NCBI GenBank assembly: GCA_965216785.1 | Contig: OZ244197.1 | Location: 1-64,000 of the forward strand | Direction: 5' to 3' | Length of the DNA stretch: 64,000 bases | Source: Thermodesulfobacteriota bacterium | GTDB taxonomy: Bacteria; Desulfobacterota_D; UBA1144; Nemesobacterales; UBA2774 | Part shown: piece by piece, positions 51,559-61,428 of the stretch | Numbering within the stretch: the first letter of the stretch is position 1 | Layout: each line of letters opens with the position of its first letter | The notes under the pieces: model-generated | Told to the model about the DNA's origin: nothing | Databases searched by the model: none | Seen by the model: the letters and a program-made list of their open reading frames with translations, nothing else | Position numbers and translations under genes: made by a program

Positions 51559-53037
51559 CTATTCCTTTTCATATAAATATAAATTAAGCTTGCTAAAACT
51601 CCTCACAGGTTTTAAATTATAGCCCTTTAGCACATCATTTTTAACTGATTCTTCATCGATCTTTGCGAATAGACCTATAACAACCCAAAATCTATCCGGA
51701 AGTTCACTTAATGCCTCAGAAGTAAGAGGTATGAAGTGTAAATCCTCCCTACCCTGGTAATATGCCGCCGTACTTACATCGAAAGACGGATAGACGAATA
51801 CACTGTCGTTTTCCCGGGCTTTCTTTTCCACGTAGGTGACGGTCTCTCTCCATTGATGTTTTTGCGCATCGACATAGTAGATTCTGAGAGGCCATATGGA
51901 TAGTACTAGTATAACTGCAGGGATAACGACTGTGAGTCTCTTATTGTGCAAGTTGCTGATACCTTTTGCTATGAGTAGAAAAAACGCAAGAGACGAGCCA
52001 ATGATGTATCGTGTGTGAAGTATAGGAGTTGAAATATTAGATAATACAAAGGGAATAAGAATCGGCACTAGTAGCCATAGAAGAAGTAAATACATGCTGT
52101 ATACATTTGAGAGGAAGGAATTTGGAGCAGGAGCGCCTTTAATATCTAGAATATCTCGTATATGCTTCATATTGTTTATAGCTTTGTAATTGATAAACGA
52201 AAAAGCCGAAAGTACAAGAAACAAAATGAAGAGAACGTAGTCACGGCCGGAGAAATGGTAGAAGTACCTCGCAATATCAACCACTGTGGGCTCTGAAAGC
52301 CAGAAACCGCGCTGTATAGCGAGGGTGTTTTTGTACCATATTAAGAGTCCGGGGATAAATAGCAGGCCTATTATAACTTGAAGCGCTATCCACTTGGATA
52401 GTCTCAAACTGAAAACATCTCTGTTAACGAAATAGCGGGTAAAACAAAATATATTCTGCACAACCAGTATAAACACACCGTAAAAATGAGAGTACATGAG
52501 CAGCACGCTCGTTATGACATAGCCTATAATATAGAGCGGATTCGAGCCGCTTAGGGTCTTTAAAAAGAAATAAAAAGAACATAGGGTGAGGAAAGCCAAG
52601 AGACTGTATGATCTGGCTTCCTGGGAGTACTCGATATGGAAAACCGAAACCGCTAAAATTAGTGAAGCTATTAATGCCGTAGTTTTGTTAAAAACCAGTC
52701 TCCCAACTGCGTATAACACAAGAATCGAGCCTGTTCCTACGATTGCCGAGGGAAGTCTAAGCGAGAACTCCGAATGCCCGAAGAGGGAAACCCAGAAATG
52801 CATCAGCATATAGTAAAGGGGAGGATTGTTGTCGTTCTGACTAATCATCCAAGCGATGATTTCGCTAATCTTTAGCTCCGCGACCTGAGAAGTGACGACT
52901 TCATCAACCCATATGCTCTCCCCACTAAGATCATAGATCCTTAAGACGGCGCCCAGGAGTAGAATCAGTAAAAGGAGATAATTTTCTTCTATATATTTTA
53001 GTGAATGGTGGTTTTGCAAGTCGGTTTTCTCTATCAA
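51559..53037 (-). CDS. GT-C fold PMT/ArnT-like membrane glycosyltransferase
   Basis: TM1 then LR.Y.L..ESIW.DE, .PPLYY, LRLPS, SQEARSY; multiple TM segments. Confidence 0.83.
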   Translation of the reverse strand: MIEKTDLQNHHSLKYIEENYLLLLILLLGAVLRIYDLSGESIWVDEVVTSQVAELKISEIIAWMISQNDNNPPLYYMLMHFWVSLFGHSEFSLRLPSAIVGTGSILVLYAVGRLVFNKTTALIASLILAVSVFHIEYSQEARSYSLLAFLTLCSFYFFLKTLSGSNPLYIIGYVITSVLLMYSHFYGVFILVVQNIFCFTRYFVNRDVFSLRLSKWIALQVIIGLLFIPGLLIWYKNTLAIQRGFWLSEPTVVDIARYFYHFSGRDYVLFILFLVLSAFSFINYKAINNMKHIRDILDIKGAPAPNSFLSNVYSMYLLLLWLLVPILIPFVLSNISTPILHTRYIIGSSLAFFLLIAKGISNLHNKRLTVVIPAVILVLSIWPLRIYYVDAQKHQWRETVTYVEKKARENDSVFVYPSFDVSTAAYYQGREDLHFIPLTSEALSELPDRFWVVIGLFAKIDEESVKNDVLKGYNLKPVRSFSKLNLYLYEKE

Positions 53038-53045
53038 TCTTTACC

Positions 53046-53079
53046 ACTAGTATTTATTTATTTGGGTGAGAGGTCAATT
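53046..53079 (-). repeat. 34-bp upstream element, copy 1 (putative promoter TTGACC-N17-AATACT)
   Basis: 33/34 nt identical to 54620-54653. Confidence 0.8.
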
Positions 53080-53115
53080 TCAGGATTAAATCAGAAACTA
53101 AGATATTCTTAAAAC

Positions 53116-54591
53116 TCATCTTCTGTAATGATAAAGTTTTAACTTGTGAAATTCCTTAAAGGACTCCACATTATAGTCTTCAAGGAGCTCCTGTGTAAGA
53201 GATTCTTTTCCCGCAGATCCGTGCCAGCTCATTACTACCCAGAAGTTATAGTTATCTTCATCGAGCTCTGAGAGTGACTCGCCGCTAAACTCTATCATCT
53301 CTAAATCATCTCTCTTCAAATGATAAAGTCCGGTTCTTAATTCATAGTCGGGAGAAACCATTATAAGCTCTCCCGCATCCGCAGCTGATTCAAGGTAGGC
53401 AACGGTTTCCCGCCACTGGTGCTTATGGATTTTAAGGTAATATTCCCTAATATTTAAAAAGGAAAAGATTAGAACGATTCCCGTTAGAACTGCTAAAATT
53501 CTTTTATTCCCAAAACTCTCAATTCCCTTGGCAACTATAATGAAAAATGCAGCTGCCCCGCAAACTGCATAACGCACCTGGTACATCGGGGTAATCATTA
53601 CTGATATCAAAAACGGGATTATTATAGGTATAGATATCCATAGGACTAGTAAATATATTTTTTGTATGTAGGGAAGCTCCGTTTCACCCGATTTATCGTA
53701 TTGGGATCTGATATAGCCGTTTAAGCTTTTTAGTCGGAATACGGATATTAGATTAAAAACCGCGAATACTGAGAAGATGGAGAACAAGACGAATAATGGC
53801 CAAGACCCGGAGTATGCTAACACCGCTCCCGGTATCTCTTTAAGACTCGGAGCACTAAGCCAGAGTCCTTCCTTAGTGGCTCCTGCCTGCGCTATTAAAT
53901 ACAGGTGCGGCAAGTATAAAACAAACAAAATAAGCTGGAGCAATACCCATCGCCCTAAGCTTAATGACTTATATTCTCTGCTTAAAAGGAAGTTAGTGAA
54001 GATAAAAATATTTTGAGCTATCAGTACAAATACGGCGTAGTAATGTGAAGATAGCAGGAGTAATGAGCTGATAATATATAAGGCACAAATCCAAAAGCTC
54101 TGTTGTTTAAGGAGCTTTGTAAAAAAATAGAAAGAAAGGATAGATAGTAACGCAAATAAGCTGTAGCTCCTGGCTTCCTGAGAAAGCTCTATTAACATTA
54201 CTGAAGTTGCTAGAATGAGAGCTGAAAGAAGAGCGGTGTTTTTATTAAATAGGAGTTTTGCCATTTTATAAACGGCTATGATAGAGAGCACCCCGAATAT
54301 AACCGAAGGAAATCGCACAGAAAAAGCGGAATCGCCAAAGAGCTTTATCCAATAATGCATAATCGAATAGTACAAAGGAGGGTGATTTTCGTTGTCCCTT
54401 AAGATTTCCTTTATAATTTCGACCGGACCATGTTTTGATATCTCTATCGTATAGGCTTCGTCAAGCCAGATACTCTCGCTACCGAGATCATAGATCCTTA
54501 AGATTGCGCCTAGGAGAATGATTAGTAAGAGAAGATAGTTCTCTTCTATGAATTTTAGTGAATGGTAATTTGGCAAGGCAGCGATCCTCAC
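53116..54591 (-). CDS. GT-C fold PMT/ArnT-like membrane glycosyltransferase (tandem paralog)
   Basis: ESIWLDE, HPPLYY, RFPS, SQEARSY, KHQWRETV shared with the neighbour. Confidence 0.83.
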   Translation of the reverse strand: MRIAALPNYHSLKFIEENYLLLLIILLGAILRIYDLGSESIWLDEAYTIEISKHGPVEIIKEILRDNENHPPLYYSIMHYWIKLFGDSAFSVRFPSVIFGVLSIIAVYKMAKLLFNKNTALLSALILATSVMLIELSQEARSYSLFALLSILSFYFFTKLLKQQSFWICALYIISSLLLLSSHYYAVFVLIAQNIFIFTNFLLSREYKSLSLGRWVLLQLILFVLYLPHLYLIAQAGATKEGLWLSAPSLKEIPGAVLAYSGSWPLFVLFSIFSVFAVFNLISVFRLKSLNGYIRSQYDKSGETELPYIQKIYLLVLWISIPIIIPFLISVMITPMYQVRYAVCGAAAFFIIVAKGIESFGNKRILAVLTGIVLIFSFLNIREYYLKIHKHQWRETVAYLESAADAGELIMVSPDYELRTGLYHLKRDDLEMIEFSGESLSELDEDNYNFWVVMSWHGSAGKESLTQELLEDYNVESFKEFHKLKLYHYRR

Positions 54592-54619
54592 TATTTATTA
54601 ATACCAGTGCTTTATTATT

Positions 54620-54653
54620 ACTAGTATTTATTTATTTGAGTGAGAGGTCAATT
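54620..54653 (-). repeat. 34-bp upstream element, copy 2
   Basis: 33/34 nt identical to 53046-53079. Confidence 0.8.
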
Positions 54654-54767
54654 GGAATTAGGATGAGTGATAGAGGATTTTACCCCCAACCTACAATCTT
54701 CCCCTGCATTGGGGAGGGGAGATAAAATAGGCGAAAGCTAAAGGTAAGCGCACCTGATGCCGGCCCC

Positions 54768-54795
54768 TTGCGAATTTTATCTAAGAGGTTATGAT
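54768..54795 (+). promoter_or_regulatory. candidate sigma70 promoter of aspS
   Basis: TTGCGA-N16-TATGAT about 43 nt before the start. Confidence 0.4.
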
Positions 54796-54838
54796 TCCCT
54801 GTTTTTATAGACATATATATGAATAAGGAGTTTTAGTG

Positions 54839-56638
54839 ATGCTTGAACTGATGGGAGACTGGCAAAGGACTGATCGCTGCGGAGCACTAAGCGCATCTGA
54901 CGTGGATAGGGATGTGCTGCTAATGGGGTGGATTCAGTCGCATAGAGACCACGGAGGGGTGATATTTATCGACCTCAGAGACCGTGAGGGACTGGTACAG
55001 ATCGTATTTAACCCCGAGATAAGTAAAGATGTGCATGAGATAGGAGAAACCTTAAGAGACGAGTGGGTAATAGCCGTTAAAGGCAAAGTGAAGAACCGCT
55101 CCGCCGAGACCATAAACCCCAACCTTCCAACAGGCGAGATCGAAGTGTTCGCAGACGAAGTAAGGGTGCTTAACACATCTAAAGTTATCCCGTTCCTAAT
55201 TGAAGACGACATTAATGTAGACGAGCTATTAAGACTCAAGTACAGATATCTGGACCTCAGGCGCACAGCGATGAAGGACAACATAATTACGAGACATAAA
55301 ACCGTCACCGCAACCAGGAATTATTTAAACTCTGTGTCCTTTCTGGAAATAGAAACTCCTTACCTTACAAAATCTACCCCTGAGGGCGCGAGGGATTTCC
55401 TGGTGCCGAGCAGGCTTAACCTGGGGCAGTTTTACGCCCTCCCACAGTCGCCCCAGATACTGAAGCAGACCCTTATGATCTCCGGGTTTGACCGCTACTA
55501 CCAGATAGTACGCTGCTTCAGGGATGAGGACTTAAGAGCGGACCGTCAGCCAGAATTCACTCAGATTGACCTTGAGATGTCTTTTGTAAACGAGTCGGAC
55601 ATCAGGGATACAGTTGAGGGAATGCTGAAAGCTATATTCAAAGAAGCCGCAGGTAAAGAGATTGTAGCACCGTTCAAACGAATGAAATATGAAGAAGCTA
55701 TGCTCCGCTACGGTACGGACAAGCCCGACACCAGATTCGGGCTCGAGCTCGAGGATATAAGCGATGTTTTCAGGGAGTCTGAATTTAAAGTATTCAGCGG
55801 CGCGCTCGGGAAAGGCGGAATTATTAAAGCTCTTAACCTGAAGGGGAAAGCGGGCGAGCTTTCGAGAAAAGAGATTGACGATCTGACTGAGGACGCCAAG
55901 ACGCTCGGCGCAAAGGGGCTTGCCTGGATAAGGGTTTCAGGGGATGAGTGGCAGTCTCCTATAATCAAGTTTTTCAGTGATGAGGAAAAAGAGAACCTTC
56001 AAAAAACCCTGAACTTGGAAGTCGGCGATATAGTTTTCTTCGGAGCCGATTCGAGCCATATAGTAAACCTGGTGCTGTCGAATCTAAGACTGAAGCTGGG
56101 CGAGAAGTTCGGGATGATCGACCACGGCAAGTTTGAGTTTCTATGGGTAGAAGAGTTTCCGCTGCTCGATTATGACGAGAACGAGAACCGCTATACCGCC
56201 ATGCACCACCCGTTTACCTCGCCCTTTGAAGAGGATATAGAGCTTCTTGAAACCGACCCCGGGAAGGTGAGATCGAGAGCGTATGATATAGTGCTGAACG
56301 GAGTCGAGATCGGGGGAGGCAGCATAAGGATTTATAGAAAGGATATTCAGGAAAAGCTATTCAGTGCAATCGGGCTGAGCAGCGAGGAAGCGGAGAGCAA
56401 ATTCGGATTCCTACTCGAGGCTCTTGAGTATGGAGCACCCCCACACGGTGGTATTGCTCTTGGGCTGGACAGAATAGTAATGCTAATAGCAGGGGCAAGC
56501 TCGATAAGAGACGTAATCGCTTTTCCTAAAACGCAAAAGGGCGCGTGCCCGCTCACTGAGGCCCCGTCGGAAGTGGATATCGCACAACTGCTTGAGCTGG
56601 GTATAAAGCTCGATATAAAAGAAGAAGACAAGCAATAA
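54839..56638 (+). CDS. aspS: aspartate--tRNA ligase
   Basis: FIDLRD, RLKYRYLDLR, TPEGARDF, ALPQSPQ, FRDEDLRADRQPEFTQ, HHPFT, GGGSIR, GAPPHGG.A.G.DR. Confidence 0.98.
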   Translation: MLELMGDWQRTDRCGALSASDVDRDVLLMGWIQSHRDHGGVIFIDLRDREGLVQIVFNPEISKDVHEIGETLRDEWVIAVKGKVKNRSAETINPNLPTGEIEVFADEVRVLNTSKVIPFLIEDDINVDELLRLKYRYLDLRRTAMKDNIITRHKTVTATRNYLNSVSFLEIETPYLTKSTPEGARDFLVPSRLNLGQFYALPQSPQILKQTLMISGFDRYYQIVRCFRDEDLRADRQPEFTQIDLEMSFVNESDIRDTVEGMLKAIFKEAAGKEIVAPFKRMKYEEAMLRYGTDKPDTRFGLELEDISDVFRESEFKVFSGALGKGGIIKALNLKGKAGELSRKEIDDLTEDAKTLGAKGLAWIRVSGDEWQSPIIKFFSDEEKENLQKTLNLEVGDIVFFGADSSHIVNLVLSNLRLKLGEKFGMIDHGKFEFLWVEEFPLLDYDENENRYTAMHHPFTSPFEEDIELLETDPGKVRSRAYDIVLNGVEIGGGSIRIYRKDIQEKLFSAIGLSSEEAESKFGFLLEALEYGAPPHGGIALGLDRIVMLIAGASSIRDVIAFPKTQKGACPLTEAPSEVDIAQLLELGIKLDIKEEDKQ

Positions 56639-56665
56639 CCGGCAAGCTTTTAATAGGCCGAATAT

Positions 56666-56884
56666 TTATTTGACAACTTCGGGGGACTTACAGTTCTTCA
56701 TAGCACTCTCAAGCCAATGATCGGCTTCCTCTTTAGTCTCAAACTTCTCTGACCATAAGGTGTCGTTCCTGTACTCAAATTCCCACACCCAGCCGTCTGT
56801 GGGACGGCCTAAGCGGATCACGAGCACCTGTTTCAGGTTTATCCAGCAAAGCTCCCCGACCTTGGATTTAATCTGAATAAACAT
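56666..56884 (-). CDS. small hypothetical protein
   Basis: 72-aa ORF with AGGAGGA SD; no family recognised. Confidence 0.65.
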   Translation of the reverse strand: MFIQIKSKVGELCWINLKQVLVIRLGRPTDGWVWEFEYRNDTLWSEKFETKEEADHWLESAMKNCKSPEVVK

Positions 56885-56977
56885 CACATCCTCCTATGTT
56901 ACAGTGCTAATAAACTCGGTGAATAAAATTATCAATGCTATTATTCTTTCTTTTCTTGTTAGATTAATCAAGCCTTT

Positions 56978-57931
56978 TCAATTTTGTGAAAGACTCAGTG
57001 TCAGATCATCGACATTTTTAGGGAGCTTCTTAAAGTTTTCCTTTGAGGTCGAGTATATGGTGTCCTGAGAGTCAAACTTAATATAGTACTCGTCTTCGTC
57101 TTTGCGTTTGCCGAAGAATAGTTTATGCGAGGCGCCGTTTTGGAATATCTCAATTTCAGCAGTCGGCAGATCTAATCCGAAGCTCTTTAAACTTTCGGGC
57201 TCACGGCTCACAACTCCGTTAATTTCCAGATCCGAAAGAGTCATCAGAAGCTGATCCGCCTTTTCCTGATCGAGCTTCACGTCTTCTGTAAGCGGCTCAG
57301 CAATCCATAGACCGTCTTCTCTTTCAAACTGAATGTAAAAATTCCCTACTCTTAGAACAATCCGGTTAACCAGATCGGGGATCAGAGCAATCACCCTTTT
57401 ATCCCTGAAATCCTTACCGGAGTTATCTATTAATCTTGAGGCCGCAGCGTTATCAATGATGAGCACTCTGTCTTTATCAACGTCATAAACGTATGTGCCG
57501 GTCTCGCTCGGATTCTGATTGCCGATTAGTAAGTAGTATTCGGCCCTGTCAGATATGACCATAAATTCCGAAGGGGGCTCGTGCAGACCGAATTGGTCCA
57601 GCTCAAGACCCTTTGAGGAAACAGTCTCTATAAGCTCCATAGACTTAATATCGTTGACTAAATCCTGAACATCCGCGCTGTCGGCCTTTGACCTGCGCTC
57701 CGAATCCGATACGAACCATTGTCCGTCTTCATTGTCAAGATTGATTTCAGAGCCCGGTGATTTTAGCATTACAGAGAGAATTTCTTCTTTTTCGAGAGAA
57801 GGGAAAACCATTTTTTTATCATCGGCTTCATCTTCCCCGTTAAATAGAAAGATCCCGCCCAGCAGTATGAGGAAGATCACTGCCGCTGCTAAGGTGCCTG
57901 AAAATTTTTTCAGATAAGGGCTTATTCCCAT
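56978..57931 (-). CDS. DUF4340-like membrane-anchored protein
   Basis: N-terminal TM; two repeats with W, FGL..P and (I/F)G...Y motifs; position after GldG-like gene. Confidence 0.75.
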   Translation of the reverse strand: MGISPYLKKFSGTLAAAVIFLILLGGIFLFNGEDEADDKKMVFPSLEKEEILSVMLKSPGSEINLDNEDGQWFVSDSERRSKADSADVQDLVNDIKSMELIETVSSKGLELDQFGLHEPPSEFMVISDRAEYYLLIGNQNPSETGTYVYDVDKDRVLIIDNAAASRLIDNSGKDFRDKRVIALIPDLVNRIVLRVGNFYIQFEREDGLWIAEPLTEDVKLDQEKADQLLMTLSDLEINGVVSREPESLKSFGLDLPTAEIEIFQNGASHKLFFGKRKDEDEYYIKFDSQDTIYSTSKENFKKLPKNVDDLTLSLSQN

Positions 57932-58000
57932 CTATTAAGAGTATTAGTTCAGAGTTTTATAATTACAATTTTATATGTGTCTGTATTGTCTCTTAGAATA

Positions 58001-59362
58001 TTACATCTTTCTTCTTTTCCACCATATTGCAACCCCAGAGAATAGAACCACAGCCGGTATGAGTATGACAGTAAAGAAAAAGATAATATTTGTCTGCTGA
58101 TTAGTAATGGTGAGCTTTCCCTGCTCGGCGCTCTTGGGTCTGATGGAAATAAGGTTTTCATCACCCGAGACCCAGTTTACCGTATTCAAAAAAAGGTCTC
58201 GGTTCCCTGAGAAGTCAAAGAATATGTTCGACACGAAATCTACGCTACCGAAAACCGCTATCCTGCCCCTGGAGCCGTTCTCAGATACCGCGAGTACGCC
58301 TAAAGGGCCCGTCTTGTCACTCTCTTCCTGCTGAGCCACACCCTGATCGAAATTCTCAAAATCAGTTTCCGACCAGCTGTACTGCCCAGTATGGGCCAGG
58401 ACGACTGCATTCATGCCATCGACATCGTGGGTATCTATACTCCGGGAGTAGGGAAATATGGTCGCGTAGCGAAAATCATCTGTGATTTCATGGGGGGTGT
58501 ACTCGCCTACTATTGGGGCTATATCGCCCCCGCCTTCAAGCTTTGAGCTGGGGTCGACAATGATATCCTCTGAGAGCATTATTCCGTAAGATTTAAGGAC
58601 AGATACTATCTCGCCGCCCGTACGGGGCTCGATCATAAAGACCGCCTTCCCTCCCTTTGAGAGGTATTCCTTTATATCCCCTATCTCCTTTAGAGTGAAG
58701 GCCTGTTTGGGCGCCGCAAGCACAATTACGGAGTTTTCAGCAGGAAGCGCCTGCCCTTTTGGTAAAAGTATTTCTCTTACGTTATAACCTTCGTCGATGA
58801 GCGCGTTCTTGAGCACGCCTAACCCTTCGGGCTCGACATCGTCCCCTATGTCCCTTTCGCCGTGACCGGTTATAAAATAAACTGTCTTATTAATATTTCT
58901 CGACAGTTTCAGAATAGCGTTTGTGATCTCCTCTTCGGAGTTATTTATTATGCCGCCTGAAAGCGGATCACCCAGTCTGAGCTTTATCGTTTCGTCCCCG
59001 TACGCCACAACAACAGAGCCGTATTCTTTAATTTCGTATTTCTTGGCAAGACCTGGTTCTTTGTCGGGGTTTATTACGCTTACACTTAAATTATCGGCGC
59101 GTCTGGTATAGTCCTTTATCAAGTCTTGAAACTCACTCCTGTCAGCGCCGGTGTCTTTGAAGAAGGCGATAATTTCTATGGGGCTATCGAGCTCGTTTAA
59201 CACCTCTACAGTATTATCCGAGACCGTGTAGAGCTTTGTGTCTGTGAGGTCGAATCTGAAATCGCTCTTCGAAGCCAGAAAGTTCAGGATAATGAGTATT
59301 CCGACTGTGCTTATTATGGATATGAGCGCATTGGTACCGTATATGAGCCTTCTGTTCTTCAT
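58001..59362 (-). CDS. GldG-like ABC transporter auxiliary component
   Basis: DLT..K.YT.S..T, VYF.TGHGE, L..GG, H.IT, N.D.FLN.V.W, C-terminal TM then WWKRR; ATGA overlap with the permease stop. Confidence 0.87.
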   Translation of the reverse strand: MKNRRLIYGTNALISIISTVGILIILNFLASKSDFRFDLTDTKLYTVSDNTVEVLNELDSPIEIIAFFKDTGADRSEFQDLIKDYTRRADNLSVSVINPDKEPGLAKKYEIKEYGSVVVAYGDETIKLRLGDPLSGGIINNSEEEITNAILKLSRNINKTVYFITGHGERDIGDDVEPEGLGVLKNALIDEGYNVREILLPKGQALPAENSVIVLAAPKQAFTLKEIGDIKEYLSKGGKAVFMIEPRTGGEIVSVLKSYGIMLSEDIIVDPSSKLEGGGDIAPIVGEYTPHEITDDFRYATIFPYSRSIDTHDVDGMNAVVLAHTGQYSWSETDFENFDQGVAQQEESDKTGPLGVLAVSENGSRGRIAVFGSVDFVSNIFFDFSGNRDLFLNTVNWVSGDENLISIRPKSAEQGKLTITNQQTNIIFFFTVILIPAVVLFSGVAIWWKRRKM

Positions 59363-60111
59363 CTCCACCTCTCTGATTCTAGCGCGGTGTGAGCGAGAAA
59401 GAGCCCGAGGTATACAAGCGATCCATAGTATACTAGATCTTTAATTCCGATAATACCTTTACCGAAAGGCTCGAAGTGGTTAATGACGGATATATAGCCG
59501 AGGATACTGCCGTCCACAGGTGACATAGCGCCCACCAGCCAGAGCACGAGGAGAACGCCGAAAGAGATTACGGCCGCTATTAGCTGGTTATCTGTGAGAG
59601 AGGAAGCAAAAAGACCGATTGCGAGAAAAGAAGCTCCAAGCAGAAAGAGCCCGATGTAACCTGATGTGACGGCGCCGATATCGGGGTTACCGTGCACCAT
59701 TAAAACAAATACATTTATCGAGGAAAGCGCAAGCATAATAACGAGAAGGATTAAGGCCGCAAGGTATTTACCGAGTATTATGGTTCTAAGCTTAATAGGG
59801 GAAGTGAACAGAAGCTCCGCGGTGTAGCTCTTTCTTTCATCCGCCAACTGTCTCATGGTTATAAGCGGTATTATGATGAGCAGCACCAGAGTGATGGTAC
59901 CGAAGTAGGGAGCTAAAACCAGGTTGTTTAGGTTAAGCTCACCCCTTTGGAGCTGAAAACCGGGATCTAGCTGTATGTGCAAAAAACCTTTTAAATATAG
60001 GAAAAAGAACCAGGCAGATATCGCCTGAAAGACTACGATGATGATATAGGCGAGCGGGGAAGCAAAATAGGATTTAAGCTCTCTTTTTAAAATAGGTGAT
60101 ATCGAATTCAT
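59359..60111 (-). CDS. ABC-2 permease (GldF-like)
   Basis: REL.SYF.SP.AY, P.ITMR..A.E...T.ELL.T.P, GKY, SSLT.NQ. Confidence 0.88.
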   Translation of the reverse strand: MNSISPILKRELKSYFASPLAYIIIVVFQAISAWFFFLYLKGFLHIQLDPGFQLQRGELNLNNLVLAPYFGTITLVLLIIIPLITMRQLADERKSYTAELLFTSPIKLRTIILGKYLAALILLVIMLALSSINVFVLMVHGNPDIGAVTSGYIGLFLLGASFLAIGLFASSLTDNQLIAAVISFGVLLVLWLVGAMSPVDGSILGYISVINHFEPFGKGIIGIKDLVYYGSLVYLGLFLAHTALESERWR

Positions 60112-60114
60112 TTC

Positions 60115-61038
60115 TCAGCCTTCGGATGAAATAACCTTTAGAAATATTTCCTCTAACGTATGCGTGAGGGGTCTTAGCTCAAGGAGGCCCCAGTCGTTTT
60201 GTACGGCCGTCTTTGCAAGCTCATCCCTTACATCGCTGCCGTTTGAAGGAACAATGACATACTCGCCCGGAGCGCTCATATTTACCTTTGATATGTTTTC
60301 TATGGACTCAATTTTTTCTTTTACGTTATCACCGTCATGCCTTAGCTTTAAGTAGAGACTCTCAGAGCTCTTAAGGTTCAAAGAGAGCGACTCAAGGGAT
60401 TCTTCCAGCGCAATCCTGCCCTCGTTAATTATTATCACACGGCTGCATATCATAGTGACCTCGGGAAGTATGTGCGTGCTAAGTATTATGGTACGCTCAC
60501 CGGCGAGGCTTTTGATGAGCTCGCGTATCTCGATAATCTGCACCGGGTCAAGCCCGTTTGTAGGCTCGTCGAGTACGAGTACCGAGGGGTTATTAATGAG
60601 CGCTTGGGCTATACCGACGCGCTGTTTGTAGCCCTTTGACAGATGGGCTATGATCCGCTTGCTTACCGATGTGATACCGCACTTGTCCATTACGTAGAGG
60701 ATCCTGCCCTTTTTTTCCTTTGAGGGTACTTTTTTGATGTCGGCTACAAAATCAAGGTAGTCCTCAACATCCATGTCATTATAAAGAGGCGGGTTTTCGG
60801 GCAGATATCCGATCTGTTTTTTCGCCTGTAGCGGGTGGTCAAATATGTCGACGTCCTCAATGCGTACAGAGCCTTTTGTAGGAGGCATATAGCCCGTAAT
60901 GATGCGCATGGTCGTAGTTTTACCCGCTCCGTTGGGACCTAAAAACCCAAGCACATCGCCCTTCTCGAGCTCAAAAGAAATGTTTTCAACGGCACGAAGG
61001 CTGCCGTAGTTTTTAGTGAGATTATGAACGCGTATCAA
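60115..61038 (-). CDS. ABC transporter ATP-binding protein (GldA-like)
   Basis: GPNGAGKTT, GYLPE.PPLY, LSKGYKQRVG.AQA, LDEPT.GLDP.QI, STHIL.EV. Confidence 0.92.
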   Translation of the reverse strand: MIRVHNLTKNYGSLRAVENISFELEKGDVLGFLGPNGAGKTTTMRIITGYMPPTKGSVRIEDVDIFDHPLQAKKQIGYLPENPPLYNDMDVEDYLDFVADIKKVPSKEKKGRILYVMDKCGITSVSKRIIAHLSKGYKQRVGIAQALINNPSVLVLDEPTNGLDPVQIIEIRELIKSLAGERTIILSTHILPEVTMICSRVIIINEGRIALEESLESLSLNLKSSESLYLKLRHDGDNVKEKIESIENISKVNMSAPGEYVIVPSNGSDVRDELAKTAVQNDWGLLELRPLTHTLEEIFLKVISSEG

Positions 61039-61428
61039 ATAAGTATGTACTCCCGATGCCTATTACCCAATACCCTAAACCCACTCCGTATATATTTGAG
61101 GACTGCAAATAGAATAACCGTACCTTAATTCTATTCCAAACTGATTATTAATGATAGTTTTAATTCTCTGAGATTTGGGTAGAATTTACGGTTAGCCAAA
61201 GAAAATTGACTAAGCGTTATAACTATGATATTAAACTGGATGTATTATTAAATAAGGGTGGCAATTTAGAGATATACCGATATTAAGAAAACGGATATTT
61301 AATCATATTTACGAACACCATAGCATCGAAAATACATCATATACAATACAGGACTTGGAAGGCCTATTATTAAAAGCCTAAAAGCCGTGTTCTGTAAGTG
61401 ATAAGACTACCGAAGAAGGGAGTTTTTG

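Noticed and set aside
61039-61428. ncRNA or regulator box in the 390-bp AT-rich gap (e.g. AATAGAAT-N12-ATTCTATT)
   Set aside because: Short AT-rich inverted repeats are expected by chance; no recognised motif
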